From positions 15,323,245-15,387,244 of the forward strand of contig JAHRHZ010000081.1 in NCBI GenBank assembly GCA_024137785.1: a stretch of 64,000 nt of DNA. The letters run 5' to 3'. This document shows positions 37,601 to 48,443 of the stretch, piece by piece. A program made the position numbers and the translations under genes. Numbering within the stretch: the first letter of the stretch is position 1; every line of letters begins with the position of its first letter. Source of the DNA: Ginglymostoma cirratum. Lineage: Eukaryota. The notes under the pieces are model-generated. The model did no database searches, was not told where the DNA came from, and was given only the letters and a program-made list of their open reading frames with translations.

Positions 37601-40330
37601 ACAGATTGTTGGGTTGAGTGTGCACTTTCTGTGGTTCTCAAGTAAGTTTCTGTTCATTGCAAACTATTGGTGCATTTAGCTAAGTAGTAACACTGCTCCT
37701 GCTCTTTTCTGAAGAAACACCTAACACCAATTGCCGATCTCTACCTGTTGAACAATTGTTTATAAATCGATAACAACTCAAAGACAATTATTGCCACAAG
37801 AGATATTTGTGATGCAGACGTAGTGTCCCCACCCCAAACTAGGAGGCCTGGATTCAAGTCCCACCTGCTCCGTAGATGTGTAATGACATCTCTGAAACAG
37901 GTTGATTAGGGAAATAAGTTACTTATTAAAAAATTATCGTCGCAAGGAAATGCCTTACCTCTCAGAGTCACATTAATTCCTGCCAGTCCAACGTGGAGCC
38001 CTACTTCTGCAGTGATTATCTCGTTACTGAAAGCCTTGTAAATTGTGCTCACCCTGGCAAATCCAACTTCCCAGTCACCAGTAAAGTTCACCACTGCAGA
38101 ATGAATAATAAGTCCGTTAACTCTGTTATTATCATGGCCGAGGGTCTGATTTCCCTAACTGGTTATTAAAAAGTCATTGTGTTTTAGAAGCCACACTGAG
38201 CTAAACCCCACCTTTGGTAAATAATATCCAGAATTCATCCATATGATTATAAACCTTGCACTTTGCATCGGGAATTAACACAGCTCTCCCGTTTAATGAT
38301 TGAGAAACTAATGTGGGTAACATGAGACTTTAAAATGAGAAGTTACGCTTTCCAATGTGTCCTGAGCAAATATAATTGGTTTTTGCCTTCCTGTGGGACT
38401 GACTTGATTCCCCATTACTGTCAACATGAAATTTTCTATAATAAGAAATGAAAACCGAAAATGACGGAGAAGCCTAGAGGGTCAGGAAGTGACAGTAGTA
38501 GAAAAACACAGTTAATGCAATAGGTCTGGCATTCTAATGAAAAGGTGTTGACTCCCTGGTTCTGTGGGAGTTGTGATCTACCAGATAGTCATGTGATACT
38601 GATTATTGAGAGGGATCTCTTTATGTATCCTGCATATTCCAAACTTCAGCTATGCAGATTTCAGGCAGACACCTTTTCTGGTCAAGAAAAGAGACAATAA
38701 AACCCAGCTCAAAAAGTTACACACCACATTATTTGCATTCCATGTGCATTGAGCCTGAAAGCCATTGGATCAGAGGACCTTCCAAAACCCAGGCTGGCCC
38801 ACATATGTTATCTGTGTATTTCATAGATCATAGAATGATTACATCCTCACTCCTGAGCTGTGGGGAAGCAACCAGGAGCACTTTCACAAGCTTCAAAATC
38901 TCCCCTCCCCCAGCATGTCCCCGCCTCCTTAACCTGTCCTTCCTCCCACCTCTCCACTCCTCCCACCTCAAGCCCCAGCCCCATCTCCTACCTACTAGCC
39001 TCATCCCACCCCCTTGACATGTCCGTCCTCCCTTGACTGACCAACCCCCTCCCTACCTCCCACCTACACTCACCTTTACTGGCTCCATCCCCACTTCTTT
39101 GACCTGTCTGTCTCCTCTCCACCTACCTGCTCCTTTATCCATCTTCCATCTGCCTCCCCCTCTCTCCCTATTTATGTCAGAATCCCCTTCCCCTCTCCCA
39201 TTTCTGAAGAAGGGTCTAGGCCCAAAATGTCAGCCTTTCTGCTCCTCTGATGCTGCTTGGCCTGCTGTGTTCACCCAGCTCTGCACCTTGTTATCTCGCA
39301 CTCTCCCTTTAGGACAGGATGCAGTTTAAGTTTGTTACCTGGTTTACAATCACCAACTCTTTTGTCTGCCCAACCCTTTCATATCTCTCTCTCCCCCAGT
39401 CTCTCTGGGCTCTGTCTCCGCCGATCTCTCATCTCTCCCCCTACCCCAAAAATACCCCTTTTTCCAAGCTGGAGCAGTCTAATGAACAGTTACCGAGACG
39501 TTAATTCCGCTTTCTCTCCCCACAGATACTGCCAGCCCCGCTGAGTTTCTCCAGCAATTTCTGCTTTATTTTGGTTACAGATTAAGTTAGATCTTAGCAG
39601 ACTCGTTAGAAAGCAGAACCTATTATGTCTCGGTCGTGAAATTTGCAGGCGTAATATTATTTATCGTTTTTTTAAAAGAAATGGTAAATTGCACGTACCT
39701 ACAATAACAACTCCAACAAAGAGGCTTAAAATAATTCTGCAGAACGAATAAACTCTCTGAAAATATAAATCAAACATGCAACGTTTTAAACAAACGAAAA
39801 AAAGTTTCATTCGTTAATTTCATATTGCGATGTTTCACGAGACTCAATGTTAAAACCGCCACCAAGCTTCGTGAATTTGTCAAGTTAACATGAAGGAACG
39901 AAAGGACTTGAAATTGACACCCTGCGGTGAAAATTATAACTTTGAAGCGGAACATCGGCGTAACGAATTTCAGCGCTCAACCCCCATTTCCCGCATCTCC
40001 ACACCCTCTCTTCCTCTCTGCTAAACATTGGCTGGGAAGAGGGGTTGCAACGAGGGGCTCTGGCGAATGAAACTTCGCTTTTAAGATCGAAACTGATCAA
40101 CTGCAGTGGATAATGAGGCGAGTTCTGGTTCAACAGAGATGAAAAAAACAAAGGGGATTCCCACTCCCCCGTCCATCACTTACCCCTTTCCCTCTGATTC
40201 CCGGTAGGATAATGAGCAGTGTTAGGGTAAGCACCAGGAACACCAGGATAACCACGAGTAAAGTGATGGCGAAAATGAACGAGGTTCTGTCGTGGGGGTA
40301 AAATGGTCTAATTCCGTTAAAGAGAGTCAT
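28582..40330 (-). CDS. duoxa: Dual oxidase maturation factor (join 40330-40184, 39756-39699, 38093-37959, 37028-36815, 33667-33453, 31543-31371, 28641-28582; 333 aa)
   Basis: MTLFNGIRPFYPH...LPGIRG, YKAFS, GL.GINVTL, QLNETIDYNE, GLPHPILYVAEKF, GHYA, FWLTLATA are DUOXA family motifs. Exon sizes 147/58/135/214/215 with GT-AG and consistent phases. The last small exon is inferred. Confidence 0.93.
31371..31543 (-). CDS. duoxa: duoxa coding exon 6 (frame stays open to a stop at 31137 if unspliced)
   Basis: tttaatctag|CA TTG CTG TGC; ALLCFILGVIVIIMDHCIPEKLRTFF (last TM helix), acidic EEDDD stretch; donor TTAAAG|gtaggt. Confidence 0.88.
33453..33667 (-). CDS. duoxa: duoxa coding exon 5
   Basis: 215 bp; VAFCAWIITNILFSM...YGGYMALVTSGFMIFG...FWLTLAT|gtaagc. 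Confidence 0.95.
34090..35065 (+). mobile_element. Penelope-like retroelement 3' portion (GIY-YIG endonuclease remnant plus terminal repeat)
   Basis: Remnants PLVLTCHPTNL, CSRCSLLY and EHQCS...DLPVAIHFNSPSH, followed by a terminal repeat with ctgacgaagg...ctgaaac. Confidence 0.8.
36815..37028 (-). CDS. duoxa: duoxa coding exon 4
   Basis: 214 bp; GIPENQLNETIDYNENFLW...GLPHPILYVAEKF...GHYATAMMW. Confidence 0.96.
37959..38093 (-). CDS. duoxa: duoxa coding exon 3
   Basis: 135 bp; VNFTGDWEVGFARVSTIYKAFSNEIITAEVGLHVGLAGINVTLR. Confidence 0.96.
38885..39297 (+). mobile_element. Penelope-like 3' end
   Basis: agcttcaaaatctccc + C-rich tract + ttctgaagaagggtctaggccc terminal repeat, homologous to 34790-35065. 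Confidence 0.75.
39699..39756 (-). CDS. duoxa: duoxa coding exon 2
   Basis: 58 bp; ttttcag|RVYSFCRIILSLFVGVVIV|gtacgt. Confidence 0.93.
40184..40330 (-). CDS. duoxa: duoxa first coding exon (exon begins 40352 with 22 nt of 5' UTR)
   Basis: MTLFNGIRPFYPHDRTSFIFAITLLVVILVFLVLTLTLLIILPGIRGKG|gtaagt; preceded by a pyrimidine tract and acceptor ctgcag. Confidence 0.96.
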
Positions 40331-41102
40331 AGTTGGCGATAGATAGTGTCAACTGCAGAGCGAGAAAGAGGAAAAACAAATTAGTTACTGGATAATTAGC
40401 TAAGAGGAAGATACAAACCCTTTATACCCACTTTTAGCACAAAACAGAATAAATTGCACATTCGGTTAAACACATCTAAATTCAGGTCCCAGTCTGTTTC
40501 CCTTAAAAAAACAATAAAGGAATATCGAATGATTACAGTCTGACTGCGCAGAAAGGGGGCGTTCGGGCCATGGCGCCCCGTGCTAGCCCTCTGCAAGATC
40601 TATCCACTTGATTCTACACTCCTTCCCCCTTAGCTCCCCCCAACCCCAGAGCCCCGCGAATGCCCAAACGCAATGTATTCGCATACCCGGTGCGCCTGAG
40701 GAATTTCCCGAGGTTTTGTTTTTCGCTTTTTCTTCTCAAGGAAGGCGAGACTGCTCAGAAGTCACAACTTGAGTTCGTGAAGTGAGCACAGTCTTGAAAC
40801 AGGGAACTCTCTTTCTCTACAGAGAGATGCTGCCAAGAAACCTGAGTTTCTCCAGCACTTTCTGTGTATATGTGTCTGCCAAATTCAGATTGTCAGGATC
40901 TACAAGACTTTTTTTTTGCTTCTGATTTAGATTCGAAAGTTAATTGTTATTAGGGGGTCTCTTGGCATTTATAAACCTATCCAAATTCTTTTTTCTTTCA
41001 GATTTACAAGAGTCAAATTTCTCTATGTCGTGTGAAATAAACTCTCTAACGGTTCCACAAAGTTGCGAAGAATTGGGAGGGAGGAGATAGTCTCTTTCTT
41101 AC

Positions 41103-41160
41103 CCTGAGATGGAAATCTCGAACCAATTGTTCCCTCACACGGAATATTACGAGTGGCTCT
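41103..41160 (-). other. duoxa: Candidate non-coding first exon of duoxa
   Basis: Minus-strand donor CAGG|gtaaga at 41103/41102; TATAAATA on minus at 41191-41184 places a TSS near 41160. The acceptor at 40352 requires an upstream exon. Confidence 0.6.
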
Positions 41161-41517
41161 TGTGTCTGTCCTCTGTCCCATCCTATTTATACGCTCAGCT
41201 CTTTTTTTAATCTCATTTGGGCTGTGATCCAGCTGTTTGCGTCAGCCGTAACACGAAAAAAGGGAATCTTTTCTTTCTCTCGGCCCCTGAAACATCTCTT
41301 CCTTCCGGATATCAATGCAAATTCCTCTCCCCTCCCCTTCCCCACCCCACCCTCTACGTAACACTGAGCCCTCCCTTACCTGCACTGCACAGTCCCCAAG
41401 AGGGCCTTCTGTCTCCCCCACCCCCTTCTGGCTTGTCTCCGGTGAACTGGCTACGGCAGAGATCGGTGATAAGTTTAGTGATAAGTTTTAGCGCCGCGGA
41501 CCGTCCACACTTTGCAG
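41161..41517. promoter_or_regulatory. Candidate bidirectional duoxa/duox promoter and first non-coding duox exon (donor at 41517)
   Basis: CpG-rich. TATA (minus) 41184-41191, ETS CTTCCGG 41302-41308, octamer ATGCAAAT 41315-41322, C-tracts 41329-41348, two TGATAA sites 41467 and 41479, plus-strand donor CAG|gtgagc at 41517. DUOX/DUOXA pairs are known to share bidirectional promoters. Confidence 0.6.
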
Positions 41518-41770
41518 GTGAGCCTCATTGCTTTCTTCAATGCCCGGTCAATTGTGGTTGGGTTCTGGGAGGCTGTAAGCTGAGATCTCTCCCCATCCTG
41601 CTCCAACACCACCCCCCATCCCCATCCCTCTCAAGTCAAAACCTTCTTTGTCTACGAGTTTTTCTCAGGGAAGAAATTGTTTTTGCGGATGATCAGGCTG
41701 ACGGCAGTTGCAAATCTCAGCTCAGCAACAGGGCAAAACCTATCACGTACGAATAGTTCTCTCTCTCTCT

Positions 41771-41960
41771 CAGAGATAGTAAGAACTGCCGATGCTGGAG
41801 TCAGAGATAACACAGTGTGGAGTTGGAGGAACACAGCAGGCCAGGCAGCATCGGAGGAGCAGGAAAGTAAGAGGGTCCCAACCCGAAACGTCAGCTTTCT
41901 TGCTCCTCTGATGCTGCCTGTCATGCTGCTTTCCTCCAGCTCCACACTGTGTTATTCTCT
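41771..41960. mobile_element. Fold-back Penelope-derived element inserted in a (CT)n tract
   Basis: Same structure as 9618-9826, opposite orientation; flanked by tagttctctctctctc / tagctctctctctctc. Confidence 0.75.
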
Positions 41961-42939
41961 AGCTCTCTCTCTCTCGTTCATTCTTGGCTTACTTAGTTCA
42001 TTTCTATTTTTCAAATCTCTTACCTCTTTCATTTTTGACTCTCGTAGTCAGCCAGTTCATTTCTACGCTTCAAATCTCTCTATCTTTTATCCGTAACTCT
42101 CTTAGCTCATTTCTACATGTCAGATCTCTCTCTCTCGGCTTTCTTAGTTAGCCAGCTCATTTCTGCTTTTCAAATCTCTCCCCGTCCCTCGCAGACAACA
42201 GCGCTTTGTGACGCGGGGTAAGTGACCCCACTGATGGGTGAGAGGAGGAATCTCATTCGGAAAGGCTGGAGTTCACTCATCCAGTTGTGAGTCGGCTCTT
42301 TCCTAACTTTTCCTCCCAGCGCTGCTAACCCAGTGGACGCACGGAATCCCAGAATCGTTACGGTGCGGAAAGAGGCCATTGGGCCCTACAGACGCCCGTT
42401 CTATCACTGTGAGAGCAGTCCATTGTGTTGAAGTTGGGTAGTAAAGTGCATGTTTGAAGACATTGTGAAATCACAGGGCCTGTTGGTTACTTACTGATAA
42501 ACAGAAGATGCTCATAGTCCAAGCCAATGATAAACTGCTAGGGAGCGCTGGTGGCGCAGTGACAACATAGCTCTAAGCCAGGAGGTCTGGGTTCAAATCT
42601 CACCTGCTCCATCCGTGTGTTAGAGCATCTCTAAACAGGTCAATTAGGGGAAAATTGATACAGTCTTCTGGGGCACCTGAGTTCAAAACCCGCTGTCTGC
42701 TTTTCTATTTAAGTTAAATTCAGTAAATTTGAAACGTAAAAGTTGGTTTCAGAAGAATGCTATCTGTTGCCGTATCCACTATTCTGTAACAGAATGGCCT
42801 CCCCGTGGGGCTTCAGAAGATTTAACTGTGAAAATGAAAGCCAACTCATCCAATTAGGAATGGGCAGCAAACAAGCATGACTTTGCACATCCCATTAAAT
42901 TATTATTTTCAAAGGAAAAAAAACCCTTCTGAAATTATG

Positions 42940-43205
42940 CCTCTGTGCACAGCCTCGGAGTGGTTATACATCCATCACATTTTCTGGCGGTTCGTTCCAC
43001 ACAGGAAGCACCCACTGTGTGAAAATGTTGCCCCCCAGGTCTCTGTTAAATCTTTCCCCAACATTTGAAAGACATTTGGACAGGTACATGAATTGGAGAA
43101 GGTTTAGGGGGATACGGACCGAGCGCAGGCAAATGGGACGAGTTTAGCTTGGGAAATTTGAGTTGGACGAAGAGTCTGTTTCCCTGCTATATGACTCTAT
43201 ATGAA
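42940..43205. mobile_element. CR1 3' end with inverted 5' segment
   Basis: ~42975-43060 is antisense CR1; 43061-43203 is the sense continuation ending in tatgactctat. Confidence 0.65.
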
Positions 43206-43899
43206 CGTACATTGTTGTTTTGACCGGCATTAGAACATAGAACATTGAACTGTACAGCACAGTACAGGCCCTTCGGCCCACAATGTTGTGGTTCGTTGAT
43301 AAGCCCAGTCAGAGGGCGCTATTCCGGGGCAATGGTTAGGGAGTGGAGCAGGGACGGATTGGAGGGGAGAGGGACCAGAGGAAATCCCTGTTTTCGCTGA
43401 TGAGCGCACAGTATGATCCATCCATTCATTCGCTTTCGCTCAGATGCGGATAAATCAGACAGTATACTCCGAGAGGGAACAAGTACAGAAATAGCCGAGA
43501 AAAAGAACTCAGAAAGTCTGGCAGCATCTGTGGAGAGAGAAAGCAGAGTTGAAGTTTGCAGGAGACCCTGGGAGAGGTTTGGGGGTCAAAAATTCCCGTC
43601 TGGAATCAGTGCCTGTCATCAGCCTCACAGTGCATTGTAATCCTGACGATCCAATCATTGCAAACAGAGCGTGCAGCCTAGTGAGCACGGCAAGGAGGAA
43701 TAGTCAAAATTGACCGGACTTTCTGCGTTTAAAACATTAAAAGAGGCGAATTTTCCAAGACGGGCCGTGCGACCAGCGGTTAGTGAACATGTAGACAAAA
43801 AACAGCACATAGGAATTGTTGAACAAACTCAGCACCGTCTCTGAAGCAGATTAAGACTCTCTTGAGCCGAAATTACTCAAACTGAACCTGATAATAGTT

Positions 43900-44935
43900 G
43901 AAACAAAACAAAACCAGAAATAACTGGAGAAACTCAGCAGGACTTGCAGAATCAGTGGAGAGAGAAACAGGTCAAGAACTCAATATTCAGAAACAGAAAT
44001 TGCTGGACAAGCTCAGCAGGTCTGCCAGCATCTGTGGAGAGAGAAATCAGAGTTAACATTTCGGGTCCAGTGACCCTTCCTCAGAACTCAATTAATTGTT
44101 GACTCAAATATCACGAAGTTAATTTGTTTTCTTCTGATTCTCAATTAATTCTGCTTAGTTTTTAATCTCCCTGTCATTCTGCGCCGGAGCTACCGTTTCA
44201 GATATTCAACCCACCCCCCGCCCCGCACCCAACAGCCCCGTGTGCAGGGTGAAGTCTGGGTCGAGACCCCTCCCGCGCTCTCCCTCACCGCCAGGGGCGC
44301 TTTTCTCTCCCCGGCCGCTCCTGTTGCCCCTGACTCGCCTCTTTGCAGGGTTCCTCGGTAGATTAACAGGGTGAAATTGTTCAATATACAGACAGAAAAT
44401 ACTCATTTTATATATATCTCGTCTAATGTGATATACCATAAATATGTGTTATTTAAACAATGGGCGAAATAGTTGAATATGTGCGCATAACATCCTCACA
44501 TAATACATAACGTTATAAATAGTCCTATAACTGTGTAATGTTTGAGTTAAATAATTGAATATATGCGCGCAATTTATGAATATAATTAATAAATATTGTA
44601 TAATTGCTGGAAAAGCTCGGCAGGTCTGGCAGTGGAGAGAACGGGTTCTGAGGAAGAGTAACTCGACCCGAAAATTTAACTCTGCTTTTCCTCCACAGAT
44701 GCTGCCAGATCTGCTGAGCTTTTCCAGCAATTTGCTTTTGTAACTGGCTGACTGCCTTGATACCATTTAACGGAGAAGTTGATTGAAGGCACGGAGCGCA
44801 AGTAACGAAGAAGGGCCACTGGACCCGAAACGTTAACTCTGATTTCTCTCCACAGATGCTGCCAGGTCTGCTGAGCTTTTCCAGCAATTTCTGTTTTGTA
44901 TGTGATTTCCAGCATCCGCAGTTCTTTCAGTTTTT
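43900..44935. mobile_element. Cluster of Penelope terminal-repeat fragments in both orientations
   Basis: Copies of gaaattgctgga-aagctcagcaggtctggcagcatctgtggagag at ~43915(-), ~43995(-), ~44600 (fold-back) and ~44810-44935(+). Confidence 0.75.
44049..44089 (-). ncRNA. Minimal type I hammerhead ribozyme motif (Penelope-associated)
   Basis: Minus strand GAGTT-CTGAGGA-AGGGTC-ACTG-GACCC-GAAA-TGTTA-ACTCT: stem I, CUGANGA core, stem II, GAAA, near-palindromic stem III, UUA cleavage triplet. Confidence 0.6.
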
Positions 44936-45029
44936 AATATGGTATAGGAGTATGTAGTAATATATAATGCAATAAATATATAATGTTTAAGCAAAGGACA
45001 AGATAGTTCAACATGTTAGAATAAGTGCA

Positions 45030-45325
45030 GAAAGAGGCCATTCAGCCAACTGAGTCTGCACCTAAGAGTATCCCACCCTATCCCTGCATTCCCCATTGCC
45101 TACCCACTTAGCCTGCACATCCTTGGACACTATGGGCAATTTAGCATGGCCAATCCACCTAACATGCACATCTTTGGAATGTGGGAGGAAGCCAGAGCAC
45201 CCAGAGGAAACCCACACAAAAACGGGGAGAATGTGCAAACTCCACACAGACAGTCTCTGAAGGGTAGAATCAAACCCTGGTACAGTGAGGCAGCAGTGCT
45301 AACCACTGAGCCACCATCGTGCCCA
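45030..45325 (-). mobile_element. HE1-like SINE
   Basis: Reverse complement gggcacgatggtggctcagtggttagcactgctgcctcac... Confidence 0.85.
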
Positions 45326-46404
45326 AATGGATGCATGCATTAGTTATAACATTACATAATGTATTCTATTGTACAATAATGATATAAACTGGTGAAAAAT
45401 AGTGAAAGAGTTAAACAACTGGCATGTCAACTATACTATGTGAAATATACATTTTTCTCTATGTATGAGCCATTCTGGTTGTCACAGAATAACAATTGTA
45501 CAATCTGAGAGACTAATGTAATATATAGAACATTTTCCTGAATCATTCAATTGAGTTTAAAGCAGCAACTGTAATTATCTAGCAGAATTTTTTTTAACAT
45601 TGCCTTTTTAAAAGACACTGTGTGTGCAGACCCAAGCGTTTCACTTTCTGTTGGATATTTTATTGCTTTGGCATTCACTGGCTTGCTCCAATCTGTGTGT
45701 AATCATCAGTGATCACAGGGACTAGGCTCATTAGATTTGCTGAGGCCGATCATTGGAAACATTTCCAAAGCCACAGAAGGATGTCATTTGGCCCACTGAG
45801 TCTATGCTAGTTCACTGTTCTTGCAATCCAGTCCCTAGCCTTTGCTGAATAAATCTTCAGAGCTTACTGCTGTCTGGACTCTGTTGGCCCACGAGAATTC
45901 TATTCCCCCTGACCCATGGAGATGCACTCTCGACTAAACAAACTCCACTGGAACACTCCTGCTGATCACTTCTGCAAAGAGGTGGCTGGACAACAGCCAG
46001 ACCTAAGGTCAAAGCAAACTACAGTGGATGCTGGAAATCTGAAACAACCACATAATGCTGGAGAAACTCAGCAGGAAGAGTCATATTAGACTCCAAATCT
46101 TAACTCTATTTCTCTCTTCACTGGGCTGCCAGTGTCTCCAGCATTCTCTGCACTTGTTTCAGTTAGGCGTCATTACTCAATTACAACATGTGAAACCCCA
46201 AGAGTTGACAGACACAAAAATGATAAAATTGCAGTCATGGCCACCTACTGCTAGCCTGATAGTAGAAATTACCTTTATATAGTGCCTTTGTGACTTCAGG
46301 ACATCCCAAAACAAATTACTGCCACTGACCTAAGTAAAGGATAATCATTGTTTCGATGTGGGAAACGCAAATTGTGCACAGCAAGCTTCCATGCTCAGTA
46401 ATGA

Positions 46405-46700
46405 GATTAGGGGGACATATTTCTAAGGTGAGAGGAGAGAGATTTAAAAAAGACATGAGGGGAAATTTTTTACACAGAGGGTCCTTTGCATGTGGTATGA
46501 ATTTCCTGAGGTAGTGATGGATGCAGGCTCAGTCACAATGTTTAAATGACACTTTGATAATCGCATGAATAGGAAAGGTTTTGGAGGGATATGGGCCAGG
46601 AGCAGGCAGGTGGGACTAGGTTAGTTTGGGATTATGTTCGGCATGGACTGGTCGGACCAAAGAGTCTGTTCCTGTGCTGTATGACTCTATGACTATGACT
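46405..46700 (+). mobile_element. CR1 LINE 3' end
   Basis: ggggacatatttctaaggtgagaggagagagatttaaa...; tail tatgactctatgactatgact. Confidence 0.8.
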
Positions 46701-47089
46701 AGATCAGCAGATTTCTTTATTAAATGATGTTGGGAGAATTCCAGTTATCTTCAAAAGATGTTGCCACCAGGTCATCTGCCGCCATTTACTAGATCAAGGG
46801 ATTTGGGGATAGTCCAGGAAAAATGTGGCTTTCAAATAGATTTGCCATGATCTCTTTTGAATGGTGGAATAGTTTCAAGGGGCCAAATGGCCTAGTCCTC
46901 CTATTTGCCATGTGCCTAATGTGAGCACAGTGTGGGTCAGAGAGGGATTGCAAACTAAAGCCATTTCAAGCTATCACACAGCAGCATTTTCTGTCAGATT
47001 CTGGTGATGTTCTATCTTCACTGCAATCTCTTTAATGAGCCAACATTTCACAGAGACTCCATGTTCCCTTGTTTTATTATCCGACTGGT

Positions 47090-47815
47090 GATAAGTTGGG
47101 GAAAGGAGGTGGTACAACAAGACCTGGCTGTCCTCATGCACCAGCCGCTAAAAGTAAGCATGCAGGAACAGCAGGCGATGAAGAAGGCAAATGGTTTGTT
47201 GGCCTTCATTGCAAGAGATTCGAATACAGGAGCAGGGATGTCTTGCTGCAATTATACAAGGCCTTGGTGAGACGACATCTGGAGTTTTGTTTGCAGTTTC
47301 GGTCTCCTTATACAAAGAAGGATATTCTGGCTGTGGAAGGAGTGCAAAGAAGGTTTACCAGACTAATTCCAGAGATGATGGGACTGACGTATGGGGAGAA
47401 ACTGGATCAGTCAGGACTATATACATTACAGTTTAGAAGAATGAGGTGGGGTCAGGGTGGGGAGGAATCTTTTAGAAACCTCTAAATTCTAACAGGATTA
47501 AATAGGGTAGAGGAGAGGCCAGAATCAGGGGCCACAGCAGAAGGATAAAGGCTAGGCCTTTTAAGACAAAGATGAGGAGAAATTTTGTCACCCAGAAGGT
47601 GGTGACCCTGTGGAATTCTCTGCCACAGGAAACTGTTGAGGCCAGAAGTATTGAAGACTTTCAAGAAAGATACAGATATGGTTCTTAGGGCTAAAGGATT
47701 CAAAGGGTAAGGGGAGAAAGCGGGAACAGGATACTGAGTTGGCTGATCAACCATGATTGTATTGAATGGCAGAGCAGGCTCAAAGGGCTGAATGGCCTAC
47801 TACTCCTAATTTCAG
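47090..47815 (+). mobile_element. CR1 LINE 3' fragment
   Basis: ORF 47069 FEYRSRDVLLQLYKALVRRHLEFCLQFRSPY...VEGVQRRFTRLIP. Confidence 0.9.
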
Positions 47816-48443
47816 TGTTTCGATGTTACTACAGAGACAATGCATCCAGTAAGTGCTCCTTTCAATCCCAATTCAGGAGAGTGACTTCAATATTGCTCAC
47901 CATTCCAGTGGGTAACAGTTTTCAGCATGTGTTTCCCAATTTTTTTTTGTGAAAATGCATTTCATATTTTTCCTCTGATTTTCATTTACAAATATGAAAA
48001 TGCAATTCCAGCCTAATTTGTTGATCCATTCTTGTCAAAAGTTGAATTTTGTAGCAACGGACCACATAATTTGAACTTGAGTTGCAGCCTTTTCATTTCT
48101 GACAAATCTTTAATAGTCATACATTCGTACCAGCATGGAAACAGACCCGTCGGTCCAACGCAAGGGAGAATATTACTGATACTGATGAGAGATGAGCCTG
48201 GTCCATTGGAAACTGACCTTAAATCAGCAATCCATTCCTGTTGAGATTGTTCAGTATCCAATACTGGGTAGAGCTGGTTAGTTAGGTTGGGGGAGTGGGT
48301 TTGTGGGTAGGTACAGGAATTCCCAAGTGTTTTTGGCATTTGCTAATCAGATGACTTTTGGATTTTAAGGTACGCAAGACAATTTTTCTGGTCGCAGCTG
48401 AACGACTTGGAGAAACGTCTGGGGTATCATCGCCCCATTAAAA

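Noticed and set aside
41217-41756. 179-aa Pro/Ser-rich ORF across the promoter
   Set aside because: Non-ATG start, low-complexity C-rich promoter DNA, no recognisable domain.
45600-45720. Hydrophobic-looking stretch considered as the duox signal-peptide exon
   Set aside because: No suitable ATG or phase-1 donor; 48444-48522 fits much better.
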